Position numbers and translations under genes: made by a program
The notes under the pieces: generated by a model
Told to the model about the DNA's origin: nothing
The model's database searches: none
The model's input: the letters and a program-made list of their open reading frames with translations, nothing else
Source: a candidate division WOR-3 bacterium
GTDB lineage: Bacteria; SDB-A
Assembly (NCBI GenBank): GCA_016934535.1
Contig: JAFGSQ010000019.1
Location: forward strand, 2,342 to 66,341
Direction of reading: 5' to 3'
DNA length: 64,000 nucleotides
Shown: piece by piece, positions 18,818-28,266 of the stretch
Position numbering within the stretch: the first letter of the stretch is position 1
How the letters are laid out: every line of letters starts with the position of its first letter

Positions 18818-19827
18818 TATTTACAAGACCCATATTCCTCTATTTGATCCCTGCCGTTGTTTTACTTTCTGTCATACTCCAGACCATCAATCTTATCAAA
18901 AAGAAAAAGCTGGTCGGCAGACTTCTCGCCACCGGTCATAAATCGAGGTTGTCGCTGTCCGATTTGAGAGTGGAAATAGTCAAAGAGTCTCTCATAGCGC
19001 TCGCTTTGACTTCTTTTCTTTTCGCCGCCGCAGGTCCCGCGAATGAATCAGAAATATCGTCTCTGACAAAAAAAGGCATTGATATAATTTTTCTCTGCGA
19101 TATCAGCCGCAGTATGGAAGCTTCGCAACCGGTGAAAAAAATTGAAATAGCAAAAAAGATTATGACCGGAATCATAGAAAGGAGAACCGACGACAGGATT
19201 TCTCTTGTTTTGTTTTCCGGAAGCGCGACAATCGCAAGCCCGTTGACTTTTGACCACAGAAGTCTCAGGAACTCCATTAAACAGCTGTCAACAAGAGCTA
19301 CTACCAGCACCGGCACTTCATTTTTAGGAGCTTTCACGGCTGTTGAAAGAGTGATAGAAAAAGAGGCAAGCCGTTCGACAGTTGTCGTTTTACTGTCCGA
19401 CGGAGAAGATTTCGGACCTGAAATATCGAATGAACTTGACTGTCTTTCCGGAAAAGGAATACCTGTTGTTTCCGCGGGAATAGGCAGTGTCAAGGGAGAC
19501 CCTGTCCCTGAAATTAATTTTGAAGGTGAAATTGAGGGATACATAATGCTTTCCTCATACGACACCGCGAAAACTTATCTGGAAGAAGAAAATTTGATGT
19601 CGATATCGGACAAGACCGGCGGTGTATATTTAAGGGCGGAAAATCCGTCGAGAACCGCGGAAGAGATAGCCCGGTTTCTTGAAACCGTTCGAAAACAGGC
19701 CATAACTCAAAAACAGGACGCCATGTATGTTTACCATTATGAAATACCGCTTGCTATAGGCGCGGTTTTGATTGCCCTGTCAGTCACTGTGGAGAAAAAA
19801 AGAAGGTCATCAAAATGGTACTTTTGA
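18742..19827 (+). CDS. batB: VWA domain protein BatB (the start may be the TTG at about 18815)
   Basis: VWA MIDAS motif CDISRSM; N- and C-terminal TM segments. The ORF-track start overlaps batA by 76 nt, so a later start is likely. Confidence 0.75.
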   Translation: MGCNVHYFAHNPVYSRQDFFQEHTLIFTRPIFLYLIPAVVLLSVILQTINLIKKKKLVGRLLATGHKSRLSLSDLRVEIVKESLIALALTSFLFAAAGPANESEISSLTKKGIDIIFLCDISRSMEASQPVKKIEIAKKIMTGIIERRTDDRISLVLFSGSATIASPLTFDHRSLRNSIKQLSTRATTSTGTSFLGAFTAVERVIEKEASRSTVVVLLSDGEDFGPEISNELDCLSGKGIPVVSAGIGSVKGDPVPEINFEGEIEGYIMLSSYDTAKTYLEEENLMSISDKTGGVYLRAENPSRTAEEIARFLETVRKQAITQKQDAMYVYHYEIPLAIGAVLIALSVTVEKKRRSSKWYF

Positions 19828-20675
19828 TTTCATTGTTTTTAACATTTTCGATTCCTCCCGACAAAGCATACGAAGGAGCACTGTCACAAGACGCTGGAAA
19901 TTTCAGCAAAGCCATTGAACTTTACAGTAAAGCACTCGAAGAATCTCCTGGAAATTTTACAATTATCTACAATCTCGCTTGCGCTTATTACGACAACGGT
20001 GAACCTGAAAAAGCCGCTCTATTTTTCGATTCGATCCTGTCTCCGGATTCTGTTTTCGCCGATATGAAACCCGACATTTTATACAACGCGGGAACATCAT
20101 ATCTCAGATCCGCGCAATCCGGAACAGACTCCAGTTCGTCTTTTTTGGATTTATCAATAGAAAGGCTCATACAATCTCTCGTTTTAAACCCTTTCGATAA
20201 CGAATGCCGGCGTAATCTTGAAATTGCCCTAAAAATGAAAAATGATCAGCAACAACAGAATCAGGATCAGCAAGATCAGCAGGACCAACAGGACCAGCAG
20301 GACCAGCAGGATCAGCAGGATCAACAAGACCAGCAGGACCAGCAAGACCAACAAGACCAGCAGGATCAGCAGGATCAGCAGGATCAACAAGACCAACAGG
20401 ATCAGCAGGATCAACAGGACCAACAAGATCAGCAGGATCAACAAGACCAGCAGGATCAGCAGGATCAGCAGGATCAACAAGACCAGCAGGATCAGCAGGA
20501 TCAGCAAGACCAACAGGATCAGCAGGATCAACAGGACCAACAACAGCAGGACGATTTACCTCCCATGTCCAGTGAACAAGCTGAAAGGATTCTCGACGCG
20601 GCTCTGAACTCGCCCGGTCAAGATTCGATTCTCCCTCAAAGTAACGGTAAGTCGAATCCCAGCGGCCAATGGTGA
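19815..20675 (+). CDS. batC: BatC-like TPR protein containing a roughly 100-residue (DQQ)n low-complexity tract
   Basis: N-terminal TPR motifs (YNLACAYYDNGEPEKAALFF); positional equivalence to batC; an internal (DQQ)x34 tract. Confidence 0.6.
   Translation: MVLLISLFLTFSIPPDKAYEGALSQDAGNFSKAIELYSKALEESPGNFTIIYNLACAYYDNGEPEKAALFFDSILSPDSVFADMKPDILYNAGTSYLRSAQSGTDSSSSFLDLSIERLIQSLVLNPFDNECRRNLEIALKMKNDQQQQNQDQQDQQDQQDQQDQQDQQDQQDQQDQQDQQDQQDQQDQQDQQDQQDQQDQQDQQDQQDQQDQQDQQDQQDQQDQQDQQDQQDQQDQQDQQDQQQQDDLPPMSSEQAERILDAALNSPGQDSILPQSNGKSNPSGQW
20244..20552 (+). repeat. 9-bp tandem repeat (GAYCARCAR)n with about 34 copies, encoding (DQQ)n inside the batC-like gene
   Basis: The units gatcagcag, gaccagcag, gatcaacaa and gaccaacag alternate and differ only at synonymous third positions. 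Confidence 0.9.
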
Positions 20676-20679
20676 TATT

Positions 20680-22365
20680 ATGATGAAAAACGCCCTCATG
20701 ATCATTTTTCTTGTTTTCGCTTCTTGTCTTTACGGAGCTGAATTGACTGTCAGGCCGGACAAATTAGAGACGGTTGTCGCCGGATCCTGTATTTTTTCTG
20801 TTGAAATAAAGACGTCGGGTTCCGAAATTCTGACGGATATTCAAATTGACGCAGACAAAACATTTCAGCTGTCAATGCCGTCGATCTCAACGAGCACAAT
20901 AATTGTCAACGGCCAAAAAAGTTCTTTTCATATTTACGCTTATTCAATCTACCCGATATCCGGCGGTACTTACACAATATCCGTAAAAGCAGTCGTCTAT
21001 GACGGAAAAACAACAAGAAATATAACAGGAACTCTGCCGGTTTTTGTCAAAGGAGACTCGGTTCCTCTTTATTCATACGACAGGACAAGCTCAGGAATAC
21101 CGGTTTTGACGGCTATAAATCCCGTCAAGATGGCAATGACTGTTAGCGATCCTGAACCCTACGTCAACGAACAGCTGGTCGCCGAACTTTCGATTTACTC
21201 GAAATTCAAACTTTTAAAATACCCGGACTTCATTTATTATCCCTCCTTCAATGGATTCTGGACCGAGACCGGCGACAGTTATTTCACGGCATCTCAAATA
21301 CATACGGAATTCGGCACAGTTTATAAATACTCCGTCAAATGGATACTTTTCCCTGTTCAGGCTGGAACGGCAACTATCGGCGGTGCGGGGACCGAAATCG
21401 TCATTTCTTCTTACCCGTTGCTGCCGCGAAAATTGAATCTGTATTCAGACTCCATAATTCTATTTGTCAAACCATTGCCGAATAATTGTGTGCCTGCTTC
21501 ATTCAAGGGAAGCGTCGGTAATTATTTAATTTCCATGGAAGCTCCGCGGTATATTGACTCTACCGCTGAAATATGCGTCGTCGTTTCAGGAACCGGCAAC
21601 ATAAAAGGTATCGAAGAAATTGAGATCCCTGAAATAAATGGTGCGGACATATACTTCGCGTCTTCTGAAATCGAAATAGAATCACGGGAACCGCATCTAA
21701 CGGGCAGAAAAATATACAGATGGACAATAATACCCTACTCTGACGAAGAGATAATCATTCCACCTCTGCAATTTTCCTATTTTGATCCTGATCTTTCCAG
21801 TTACGTCACGAGTCAAACACCTGTTTGCACTCTTGGGATCACAGGATGCGCGTCTTCATCACCTGTTCCGTCTCTGACAGACACCTTGCCCCTGAATTCT
21901 GAAATAAGCGTATTGAAATTCCCTGGCCTGCCTGACAAGGTCTTGTTTGCCGCCTTCGTTTTTTCTGCTTCAGTTTTCACTCTGGGTACCGCGCGATACC
22001 TCGCAAAAAACAGCAAAGTTTTTACAAGAAAAAGAAATCGCTCGAACAGATATAAAACATACTTGAAAAATGCCATCAAATACGCCCACGCAGAAGATTA
22101 CGACAAGTCTTTTGACTTTCTTAAAAAAAGTCTTCAGTCGTTCTTTTCTGAAAAAGAATCGGAAAAAATGAGTTTGAAGGAAATTTCGGAAGCCGTTTTC
22201 GAACTGACCGGCGACAGATCCTACGAAGAAATCTTTGCCAGGCTCGAAGAGATTGATTTCACTGAAAAGACGGCCGTAAAAAGCATAATCTACGACATCA
22301 AAGCAGTGGAGAGGCTTTATAAAAGAATCGAGAAAGCCGGAATTACAATCAGTCGACGGTTATAG
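20680..22365 (+). CDS. batD: BatD-like oxygen-tolerance protein
   Basis: Signal peptide MMKNALMIIFLVFASCLYG, a large periplasmic beta-rich region, a C-terminal TM segment (VLFAAFVFSASVFTLG) and a cytoplasmic tail; 561 aa. This matches BatD size and topology. Confidence 0.7.
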   Translation: MMKNALMIIFLVFASCLYGAELTVRPDKLETVVAGSCIFSVEIKTSGSEILTDIQIDADKTFQLSMPSISTSTIIVNGQKSSFHIYAYSIYPISGGTYTISVKAVVYDGKTTRNITGTLPVFVKGDSVPLYSYDRTSSGIPVLTAINPVKMAMTVSDPEPYVNEQLVAELSIYSKFKLLKYPDFIYYPSFNGFWTETGDSYFTASQIHTEFGTVYKYSVKWILFPVQAGTATIGGAGTEIVISSYPLLPRKLNLYSDSIILFVKPLPNNCVPASFKGSVGNYLISMEAPRYIDSTAEICVVVSGTGNIKGIEEIEIPEINGADIYFASSEIEIESREPHLTGRKIYRWTIIPYSDEEIIIPPLQFSYFDPDLSSYVTSQTPVCTLGITGCASSSPVPSLTDTLPLNSEISVLKFPGLPDKVLFAAFVFSASVFTLGTARYLAKNSKVFTRKRNRSNRYKTYLKNAIKYAHAEDYDKSFDFLKKSLQSFFSEKESEKMSLKEISEAVFELTGDRSYEEIFARLEEIDFTEKTAVKSIIYDIKAVERLYKRIEKAGITISRRL

Positions 22366-23065
22366 CTGCAACAGCCGCGTATATACTTTTAGCCCCGCTT
22401 TTTTTCAAAACCCTGTGAGCTTCTTTTAAAGTCGCCCCGGTGGTCATGACGTCGTCTATCAATATTACGGTTCTGTCTCTCAAAAACCGGAATTCTTCAC
22501 CTTCGGACATTTTTCCCTTCATGTTTTCAGCTCTTTCTTCCCTGTTCAATCCCATTTGATTTTTTTTCTTCCCCTTTAACTTGAGGACTTTGCGTCGGCA
22601 TTCACCGTCCAGTAGCCGGGCGGCGGATTCCGCCATCAACCGTGCCTGGTTGAAACCTCTCTGCCTCAAACTCTTTCTCGAAGAAGGTACCGGCACAAAA
22701 ACAACGGATTCCTCAAAAGCCGGTATTTTTTTTGACAGCTCCTCTCCCAATCTCTTAGCGAGTCTGGAATACCCGTTGAATTTCATGGCCAATATGCTTT
22801 CTTTAAGAGGGCTTCTGTAGGGCCCCAAATAGAACAAGCCGGCAAAAGGCAGTTTCAGTTTTTCTGCACAGTGCTGGCATTTGCCTTCACCGGGCAAGGG
22901 AAGAGAACAAAAAGGGCACTTGTCAAATATTCCGCACAGCTTCAGGCAATCATCGCAAAGAAAAACTTCTTCGTACCCGAGCATTTTACCGCAGAAGCGG
23001 CATTTGGAAGGCAGAAAAAATGAAAATACGGCAGAAACGAATCTTGCCGTGGAAGGGAATATCAT
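22349..23065 (-). CDS. comF: ComF-family protein (double zinc ribbon plus phosphoribosyltransferase domain)
   Basis: N-terminal C-x2-C...C-x2-C pairs; PRTase motif VILIDDVMTTGATLKEA. It is convergent with batD, with tail-to-tail overlap. Confidence 0.75.
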   Translation of the reverse strand: MIFPSTARFVSAVFSFFLPSKCRFCGKMLGYEEVFLCDDCLKLCGIFDKCPFCSLPLPGEGKCQHCAEKLKLPFAGLFYLGPYRSPLKESILAMKFNGYSRLAKRLGEELSKKIPAFEESVVFVPVPSSRKSLRQRGFNQARLMAESAARLLDGECRRKVLKLKGKKKNQMGLNREERAENMKGKMSEGEEFRFLRDRTVILIDDVMTTGATLKEAHRVLKKSGAKSIYAAVAAITVD

Positions 23066-24396
23066 TGTCCCGACGATGTCAGATTGAACAGAACGCCCAG
23101 CAAAAAGAACGACATCAACATCGAAGACCCTCCGTAGCTTATAAAAGGAAGAGGGATACCTACAATTGGCAGAGAACCGAGAGTCATCCCGACGTTCACT
23201 GTAATCTGAAAAGCGAAAAGACTGCTTATTCCTATTATCACCAGATGCTGACTCATTGCTTTGGTTTTGTACGCGAGAGTGATGGTTCTGACCAAAAACA
23301 GAAAATACAAGATCAGCAGAAAAACAGATCCGACGAAACCGCTCTTTTTTGCTATTACAGGAAAAATAAAATCCGTGTGTTGTTCCGGAAGAAAAGACAA
23401 TTCCCTTTTTTCAAGATGCAGGATACCCTCTCCCCATATTCTTCCGGATCCTATGGCCATCTTCGATTGAAGTATATGCCATCCGGCTCCGGTTGGGTCT
23501 TCGTTGGGATCAATAAATGTCATTATCCTTTTTCTCTGATACTCTTTCAGAGTTCCATTCCATATGAGAGGAGCCGAAATCATCATGACAATATTCACAG
23601 TCAGCACAATGAAGACAACAGACCATTTTATCCTGAAAATAACAAAAGTCGCAATCAGAACTGTGTACAAAGCCGCTATCAGCGCGGTATTGAGAACGGA
23701 ATAGGAGTTTATAACAAGAAGAATAGCCAGAATAACGGACACAAACGGCGAAATCAGGTAAACAATCGCCGTCAAACTTACACCGGAAAAGTACAACATT
23801 GTAAGAAAAATAAAAATGTAAATCACCGAAGTCCCAAGGTCCGGTTCCGCCATTACAATCAAAAAAGGCAGGAATGTTATGAGGAATGCTTCAAAAATTA
23901 TCAGGGGATCGTTTGATTTGCGCCTTGTCGCTGCGGGAAGTTTGTAAAACTTGTCTTTTTTTGAATGTTTCCATTTCAAAAAATTTCTTTTGACCGCGTC
24001 ATAAAAACTGTATCTTTCTGAAAGATACCTTGCCAAAGCAAAAATCAGACCCAGCTTGGCTATGTCCGACGGCTGAGCTTTAAAAAGTCTGAAATCTACC
24101 CACCTGTTCGCCTGTCCCGCGCCCAAACCCGGAATGAGGGGAAAAAGAAGAAAAAGGACAGTCAGAGCGTAGAATATGTATGAATACGACATGACAAAAG
24201 ACATTTTAAGATTCAACGAAATCAAGAACATCACGACAATCGACACGGCTATCCAAATTATCTGTTTGAGTAAAAATGAAGGCCCCGCCCACAAAGTAGC
24301 CTGATTCAGAGCGAACAATCCGAACAGTATTATCAGGGCTGTTACTGTTATCAGCGCGGCGTCGGGCGCGTTTTTTTCTTTTACTTTATAATCCAT
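23062..24396 (-). CDS. SEDS-family peptidoglycan glycosyltransferase (FtsW/RodA/SpoVE)
   Basis: C-terminal ISYGGSSMLMSF motif, a QPSD(IAKL) motif and 10 TM segments. The start chosen is MDYKVKEK at 24396, which overlaps miaA by 10 nt. Confidence 0.8.
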   Translation of the reverse strand: MDYKVKEKNAPDAALITVTALIILFGLFALNQATLWAGPSFLLKQIIWIAVSIVVMFLISLNLKMSFVMSYSYIFYALTVLFLLFPLIPGLGAGQANRWVDFRLFKAQPSDIAKLGLIFALARYLSERYSFYDAVKRNFLKWKHSKKDKFYKLPAATRRKSNDPLIIFEAFLITFLPFLIVMAEPDLGTSVIYIFIFLTMLYFSGVSLTAIVYLISPFVSVILAILLVINSYSVLNTALIAALYTVLIATFVIFRIKWSVVFIVLTVNIVMMISAPLIWNGTLKEYQRKRIMTFIDPNEDPTGAGWHILQSKMAIGSGRIWGEGILHLEKRELSFLPEQHTDFIFPVIAKKSGFVGSVFLLILYFLFLVRTITLAYKTKAMSQHLVIIGISSLFAFQITVNVGMTLGSLPIVGIPLPFISYGGSSMLMSFFLLGVLFNLTSSGQ

Positions 24397-25303
24397 TGTC
24401 TTTCCAGTGTTCCATTGCTCTTTCAGCCGATTCAGAAACGCTAATATTATCACAATCTATCCAAAACACGTCCTTAATTTTTTTCAGCCACACAATCTGT
24501 TTTCTCGCGTACTGCCAGGTGAGGGTAGATATCTTTTTGAGAGTTGTCCCAAAATCGGCGACTCCTTCATAATATTCGAGGGCTTCCCTGTAACCTATTG
24601 AATTCATCGGCCAGGTTTCGATTCCGTGTCTATCCCTCAGAAGAGCGGCTTCTTCAGGCAAGCCTCCTTCAATCATTCTTCGGGCTCTTTTTTCTATTCT
24701 TTCCCTGAGTTTTCCGGCCGTCATTGTCAATCCGACATACTGAGCACTAAAAGTATTTTCCTTTTTTTTTTCTTTCCAAAGCGTCCTCATCGGTTTGCCT
24801 GTCTGATAATAGATTTCGAGCGCTCTAATTATTCTAACGGCGTCATTCTTATGTATTGACATAGCAGATTCACGGTCGAACCGACCGAGTTCGGTCCAAA
24901 GTTTTTCAAGTCCCTCTTTTTTTATCCTTTCTTTCAGTTGTTTTCTCAGTTCGACGTCGACAGGCGGAGCGTCAAACAGGCCTTCGAAAAGGGCTCTCAG
25001 ATAAAGACCGCTTCCGCCTTCGGCAAGGGGATTCCCTTTTTTAAAAGTTAAAATTTCAAATGCCCGTCCGGCAAACTCTTTCGCCGAAAAAATTTCGCTG
25101 GGCTCGCATACGGCGACCATTTCGTAGGAAAATTCTTTTATTTCTTTCTCTCCGGGAGAAGCGCTTCCTATTGTCAGCCCTTTGTATATCTTTCTCGAAT
25201 CGGCGCTGATTATGTAATCGGCAAAACCCCTTTTCACAGCAGTCTCGGCGACTTCAGTTTTCCCGACAGCAGTCGGGCCGACAATCACCGGTACGATTTT
25301 CAT
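24386..25303 (-). CDS. miaA: tRNA dimethylallyltransferase
   Basis: The start MKIVPVIVGPTAVGKTEVAE carries a P-loop; 306 aa. Upstream codons of the track ORF overlap mutL. Confidence 0.9.
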   Translation of the reverse strand: MKIVPVIVGPTAVGKTEVAETAVKRGFADYIISADSRKIYKGLTIGSASPGEKEIKEFSYEMVAVCEPSEIFSAKEFAGRAFEILTFKKGNPLAEGGSGLYLRALFEGLFDAPPVDVELRKQLKERIKKEGLEKLWTELGRFDRESAMSIHKNDAVRIIRALEIYYQTGKPMRTLWKEKKKENTFSAQYVGLTMTAGKLRERIEKRARRMIEGGLPEEAALLRDRHGIETWPMNSIGYREALEYYEGVADFGTTLKKISTLTWQYARKQIVWLKKIKDVFWIDCDNISVSESAERAMEHWKDNGL

Positions 25304-26994
25304 TTTGTCCTTCCGAATCTTTTTTCCAATTCCCTCGTAGTTATTCGTACAATAGTCGGCCTTCCGTGCGGACAAACGTGCGGACAACGGCAAAGAAACA
25401 ATTTCCCGATCAGGCTCTCTATTTCAGACGGCTGAAGCCTGTCTCCAGCACGAATGGAAGCCTTGCAAGCTATCGCCCGGGCTGTCTTTTCTGCGGTGTC
25501 GTTTTTCCCGTTCTGAGAAAGTATGTCCTTTACAAGAGAAGAAATTTCCCGGGGTGAATTGTTTTCTATACCGGACGGGACTCCTTCCACTGAAACAGCA
25601 TGACTTAACAGTTTGACGCGGAATCCGGCTGAATACAGCATGTCCCCTTTTGTTTTTTCGAACTTGTCCCAGAGTTCATCGTTTAAATTCACTATTACGG
25701 GGAACAAAAGATTCTGAACTGTCAGATCTTTGTTGAAAAGGATTTCCTCGTACAGAATTCTCTCGGCGGCGGCGTGCTGATCTATCAGCATTATGCCTCC
25801 TTTAGTCTCTGCAATTATGTACGTGTCATGTATCTGGAAAAAAGCCGCGCCTGAGATTGCTATTTTTTCCGGATTATAAAATACTGTTTCCGGTTCCTTA
25901 AGAATTTCGAAAATCTCACTTTCGCCGGTATTTATTATGGCTGTTTCCTGAGTTTTTTCACTTGCAGGAGAGTCGTAGGAATCATTGAACGCTGTTTTTG
26001 ACGATTTATAAATCCGGGCGGGAGATATAGCGTTTGAAACTGCTCTTTTTATTTCTCTGAAAACAAATCCCGGATCACTGAATTTCACATTCTCTTTTGA
26101 AGGATGGACGTTGACATCAACAAGGGAAGGATCTATTTCAACGAAAACTGCAAACAAAGGAAGTCTGTCAAAAACCAGAGGTCCGTACCCGATCCTCACA
26201 GCGGCGCTGAGGCTTTTGTCTGTCACCGCCCTTTTGTTGACGAATAACGGACTGAACGGCTTTTTCGAAGCGATCGAGGGTTCTCCGAGAATTCCGTGAA
26301 CCCTGAGATCGGGCAGTGCATGTTCAAACGGGACGAAATGATCGCGCAGGTCGCCTGAAAAGAAAGCGCAGTATCTTTCGATGATGTCGTCCTCAGGGGA
26401 AACGGATAAAGGCTTTTTCCCTTCGTCGTTCCACAAAAAACTGACACCGGGATTGGAAAGACAGAGGCAGGCAAACGCTTTTTTCGCCCGAAGAGCTTCT
26501 CCTGAAGCCGTTTTAAGAAATTTCCTTCTGGCCGGGACGTTAAAAAAAATGTCCTGAACTTTGACAGACGTCCCCTTCCGGAATACAGAAGGAAATGTCT
26601 CCGTTATTTTTCCTCCTTCGGCGGTCAGGGTGAAGCCTGACAAACCTTGTACGGAACTGGTCAGTTCGAACCTTGAGACCGAGCAAATTGAAGCGAGAGC
26701 TTCACCCCTGAAGCCGTACGATTCGAGCTCGAAAAGGCAATCAAAACTGTCTATCTTGCTCGTCGCATATCTGGTCACGGCGAGTTCCATGTCTTCGGGA
26801 AGTATTCCGTCTCCGTCGTCTTTTACCAGTATCTTTCCTAATCCGCCGTTTTCGAGAAAAACTTCAATTTTTAAAGCGCCTGAGTCTATGGAATTTTCCA
26901 CGAGTTCTTTGACGACCGAATGAACTCCGCCAAGAACTTCTCCGGCGGCTATCTTCGAGACGAGATAACCGTCGAGTTTCTTTATATTTCCCAT
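25300..26994 (-). CDS. mutL: DNA mismatch repair protein MutL
   Basis: GHKL ATPase N-terminus MGNIKKLDGYLVSKIAAGEV...NSIDSGA, plus a C-terminal dimerisation domain; 564 aa. Confidence 0.9.
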   Translation of the reverse strand: MGNIKKLDGYLVSKIAAGEVLGGVHSVVKELVENSIDSGALKIEVFLENGGLGKILVKDDGDGILPEDMELAVTRYATSKIDSFDCLFELESYGFRGEALASICSVSRFELTSSVQGLSGFTLTAEGGKITETFPSVFRKGTSVKVQDIFFNVPARRKFLKTASGEALRAKKAFACLCLSNPGVSFLWNDEGKKPLSVSPEDDIIERYCAFFSGDLRDHFVPFEHALPDLRVHGILGEPSIASKKPFSPLFVNKRAVTDKSLSAAVRIGYGPLVFDRLPLFAVFVEIDPSLVDVNVHPSKENVKFSDPGFVFREIKRAVSNAISPARIYKSSKTAFNDSYDSPASEKTQETAIINTGESEIFEILKEPETVFYNPEKIAISGAAFFQIHDTYIIAETKGGIMLIDQHAAAERILYEEILFNKDLTVQNLLFPVIVNLNDELWDKFEKTKGDMLYSAGFRVKLLSHAVSVEGVPSGIENNSPREISSLVKDILSQNGKNDTAEKTARAIACKASIRAGDRLQPSEIESLIGKLFLCRCPHVCPHGRPTIVRITTRELEKRFGRTK

Positions 26995-27000
26995 TTCAGA

Positions 27001-27462
27001 TCAAATCGCTTCTACGTCTCCGATTTGTTCTCTTACATGTTTTTTGTATTCTTCATCCTGTGATATTTCAAGGATCTTGTTGAGAAGAGCGAGAGCGTCG
27101 TCTTTCTGATTTCTTTCCGCGTAAAGGGTTGCCAGATTCCTCATGGCATGAATATTCCTCGGATCCAGTTCAACAGCCGTCTGATAGGCGATTTCCGCTC
27201 TTTCAAACCAAATCTCGCTGTCAGTACTTTCTTCCCAGAGTTCTTCGAAGGTCAGGTCCTTGAGATATACCATTCCGTAAAGGACTCCGAGGTTGTAATG
27301 AGCTTCCGACGAACCGTTTTCCCCGGCTCTTTTGAAAAGTTCTTCCGCTTCCTTGTACCTGTTCTCTTCTGTTAAAAGCAGACCCAGGTTTATCATTGCG
27401 TCAGTATCTCCGGGATTCTTTCCCAATCTTTCTTCGAGTCCTCTTATCTCTTCAGACGGCAT
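27001..27462 (-). CDS. Small TPR-repeat protein
   Basis: A 153 aa ORF containing 3-4 TPR-like helices (AHYNLGVLY, AIHAMRNLATLYAE). Confidence 0.55.
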   Translation of the reverse strand: MPSEEIRGLEERLGKNPGDTDAMINLGLLLTEENRYKEAEELFKRAGENGSSEAHYNLGVLYGMVYLKDLTFEELWEESTDSEIWFERAEIAYQTAVELDPRNIHAMRNLATLYAERNQKDDALALLNKILEISQDEEYKKHVREQIGDVEAI

Positions 27463-27606
27463 TTTTTCTCCTTTTTTTTATGTCTAAAACCGCTTGTCCT
27501 TTCAAATTAATATTCTATATTATATGGGCTGACGGAATTTTGCTCAAGATGTATAATTTCAATCTCTAAAAAAGCGGCTCTTTGGAACTATTCGAAACAA
27601 AGGATT

Positions 27607-28266
27607 TTGATGAACGCAAAAATAAAGGTTGAAACTCACCTTCACACGGAAGTTTCAAAAGACGGAAAAATAAGATTGAAGGACATTGTCCGCGCGATAG
27701 AATCCGGTATAATAGATAAAGTTATCGTAACGGACCACGACGAGACTTCAAACGCGCTGTTTTTCGCCGGAAAATTCCCTGAGAACATCTTCCCCGGCGA
27801 AGAGGTCATGACACTGTCGGGTGAACTCCTTCTCTTATTCGTCAAAGAAAAAATACCCGGAGGACTTAGCCTGTCAAAGACACTGGAAATTGCTAAAGAA
27901 CAGGGATGCTTCATAACTATACCTCATCCTTTTGACAGGTTCAGGAACTCGAGAATAAAAGACGCCATAGAAGAGGCCTCTCAGGCGGCGGACGCTATAG
28001 AAATATTCAATTCAAGATGTCTGCTGGCCTCCGACAATGAAAAAGCCCGGATTTACGCCCTCGGAAAAGGTTTTTTTTTCACCGCGGGCAGTGATGCTCA
28101 CGTCCCCTCGGAGATTGGCACGAGCGGCCTTTTGATGCCTGACTTCAAGGACTCAGTTTCATTCAGGGAATCCCTGAAACGTGCGGAAGTTTTCGGCAAA
28201 CTCAGCCCTTTTTTGGTGCACGCGCTTTCCACATGCGAAAAATGGCGAAAAAAAACCCGTTCCTGA
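27607..28266 (+). CDS. PHP-domain metal-dependent phosphoesterase
   Basis: Motifs HLHTEVSKDG, VTDHDE and GSDAHV, the characteristic PHP histidines and aspartates. Confidence 0.7.
   Translation: MMNAKIKVETHLHTEVSKDGKIRLKDIVRAIESGIIDKVIVTDHDETSNALFFAGKFPENIFPGEEVMTLSGELLLLFVKEKIPGGLSLSKTLEIAKEQGCFITIPHPFDRFRNSRIKDAIEEASQAADAIEIFNSRCLLASDNEKARIYALGKGFFFTAGSDAHVPSEIGTSGLLMPDFKDSVSFRESLKRAEVFGKLSPFLVHALSTCEKWRKKTRS

Noticed and set aside
20229-20543. A minus-strand ORF of 104 aa made almost entirely of Leu/Ile/Val (LLILLVLLILL...)
   Set aside because: It is simply the reverse-complement reading of the (DQQ)n 9-bp repeat inside the batC-like gene. It is not a real gene.
23020-23916. A 298 aa plus-strand ORF rich in Q/N/R/K opposite the SEDS gene
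   Set aside because: It is the antisense strand of a strongly supported multi-TM SEDS gene. Its composition is consistent with the complement of hydrophobic codons, and it has no RBS.
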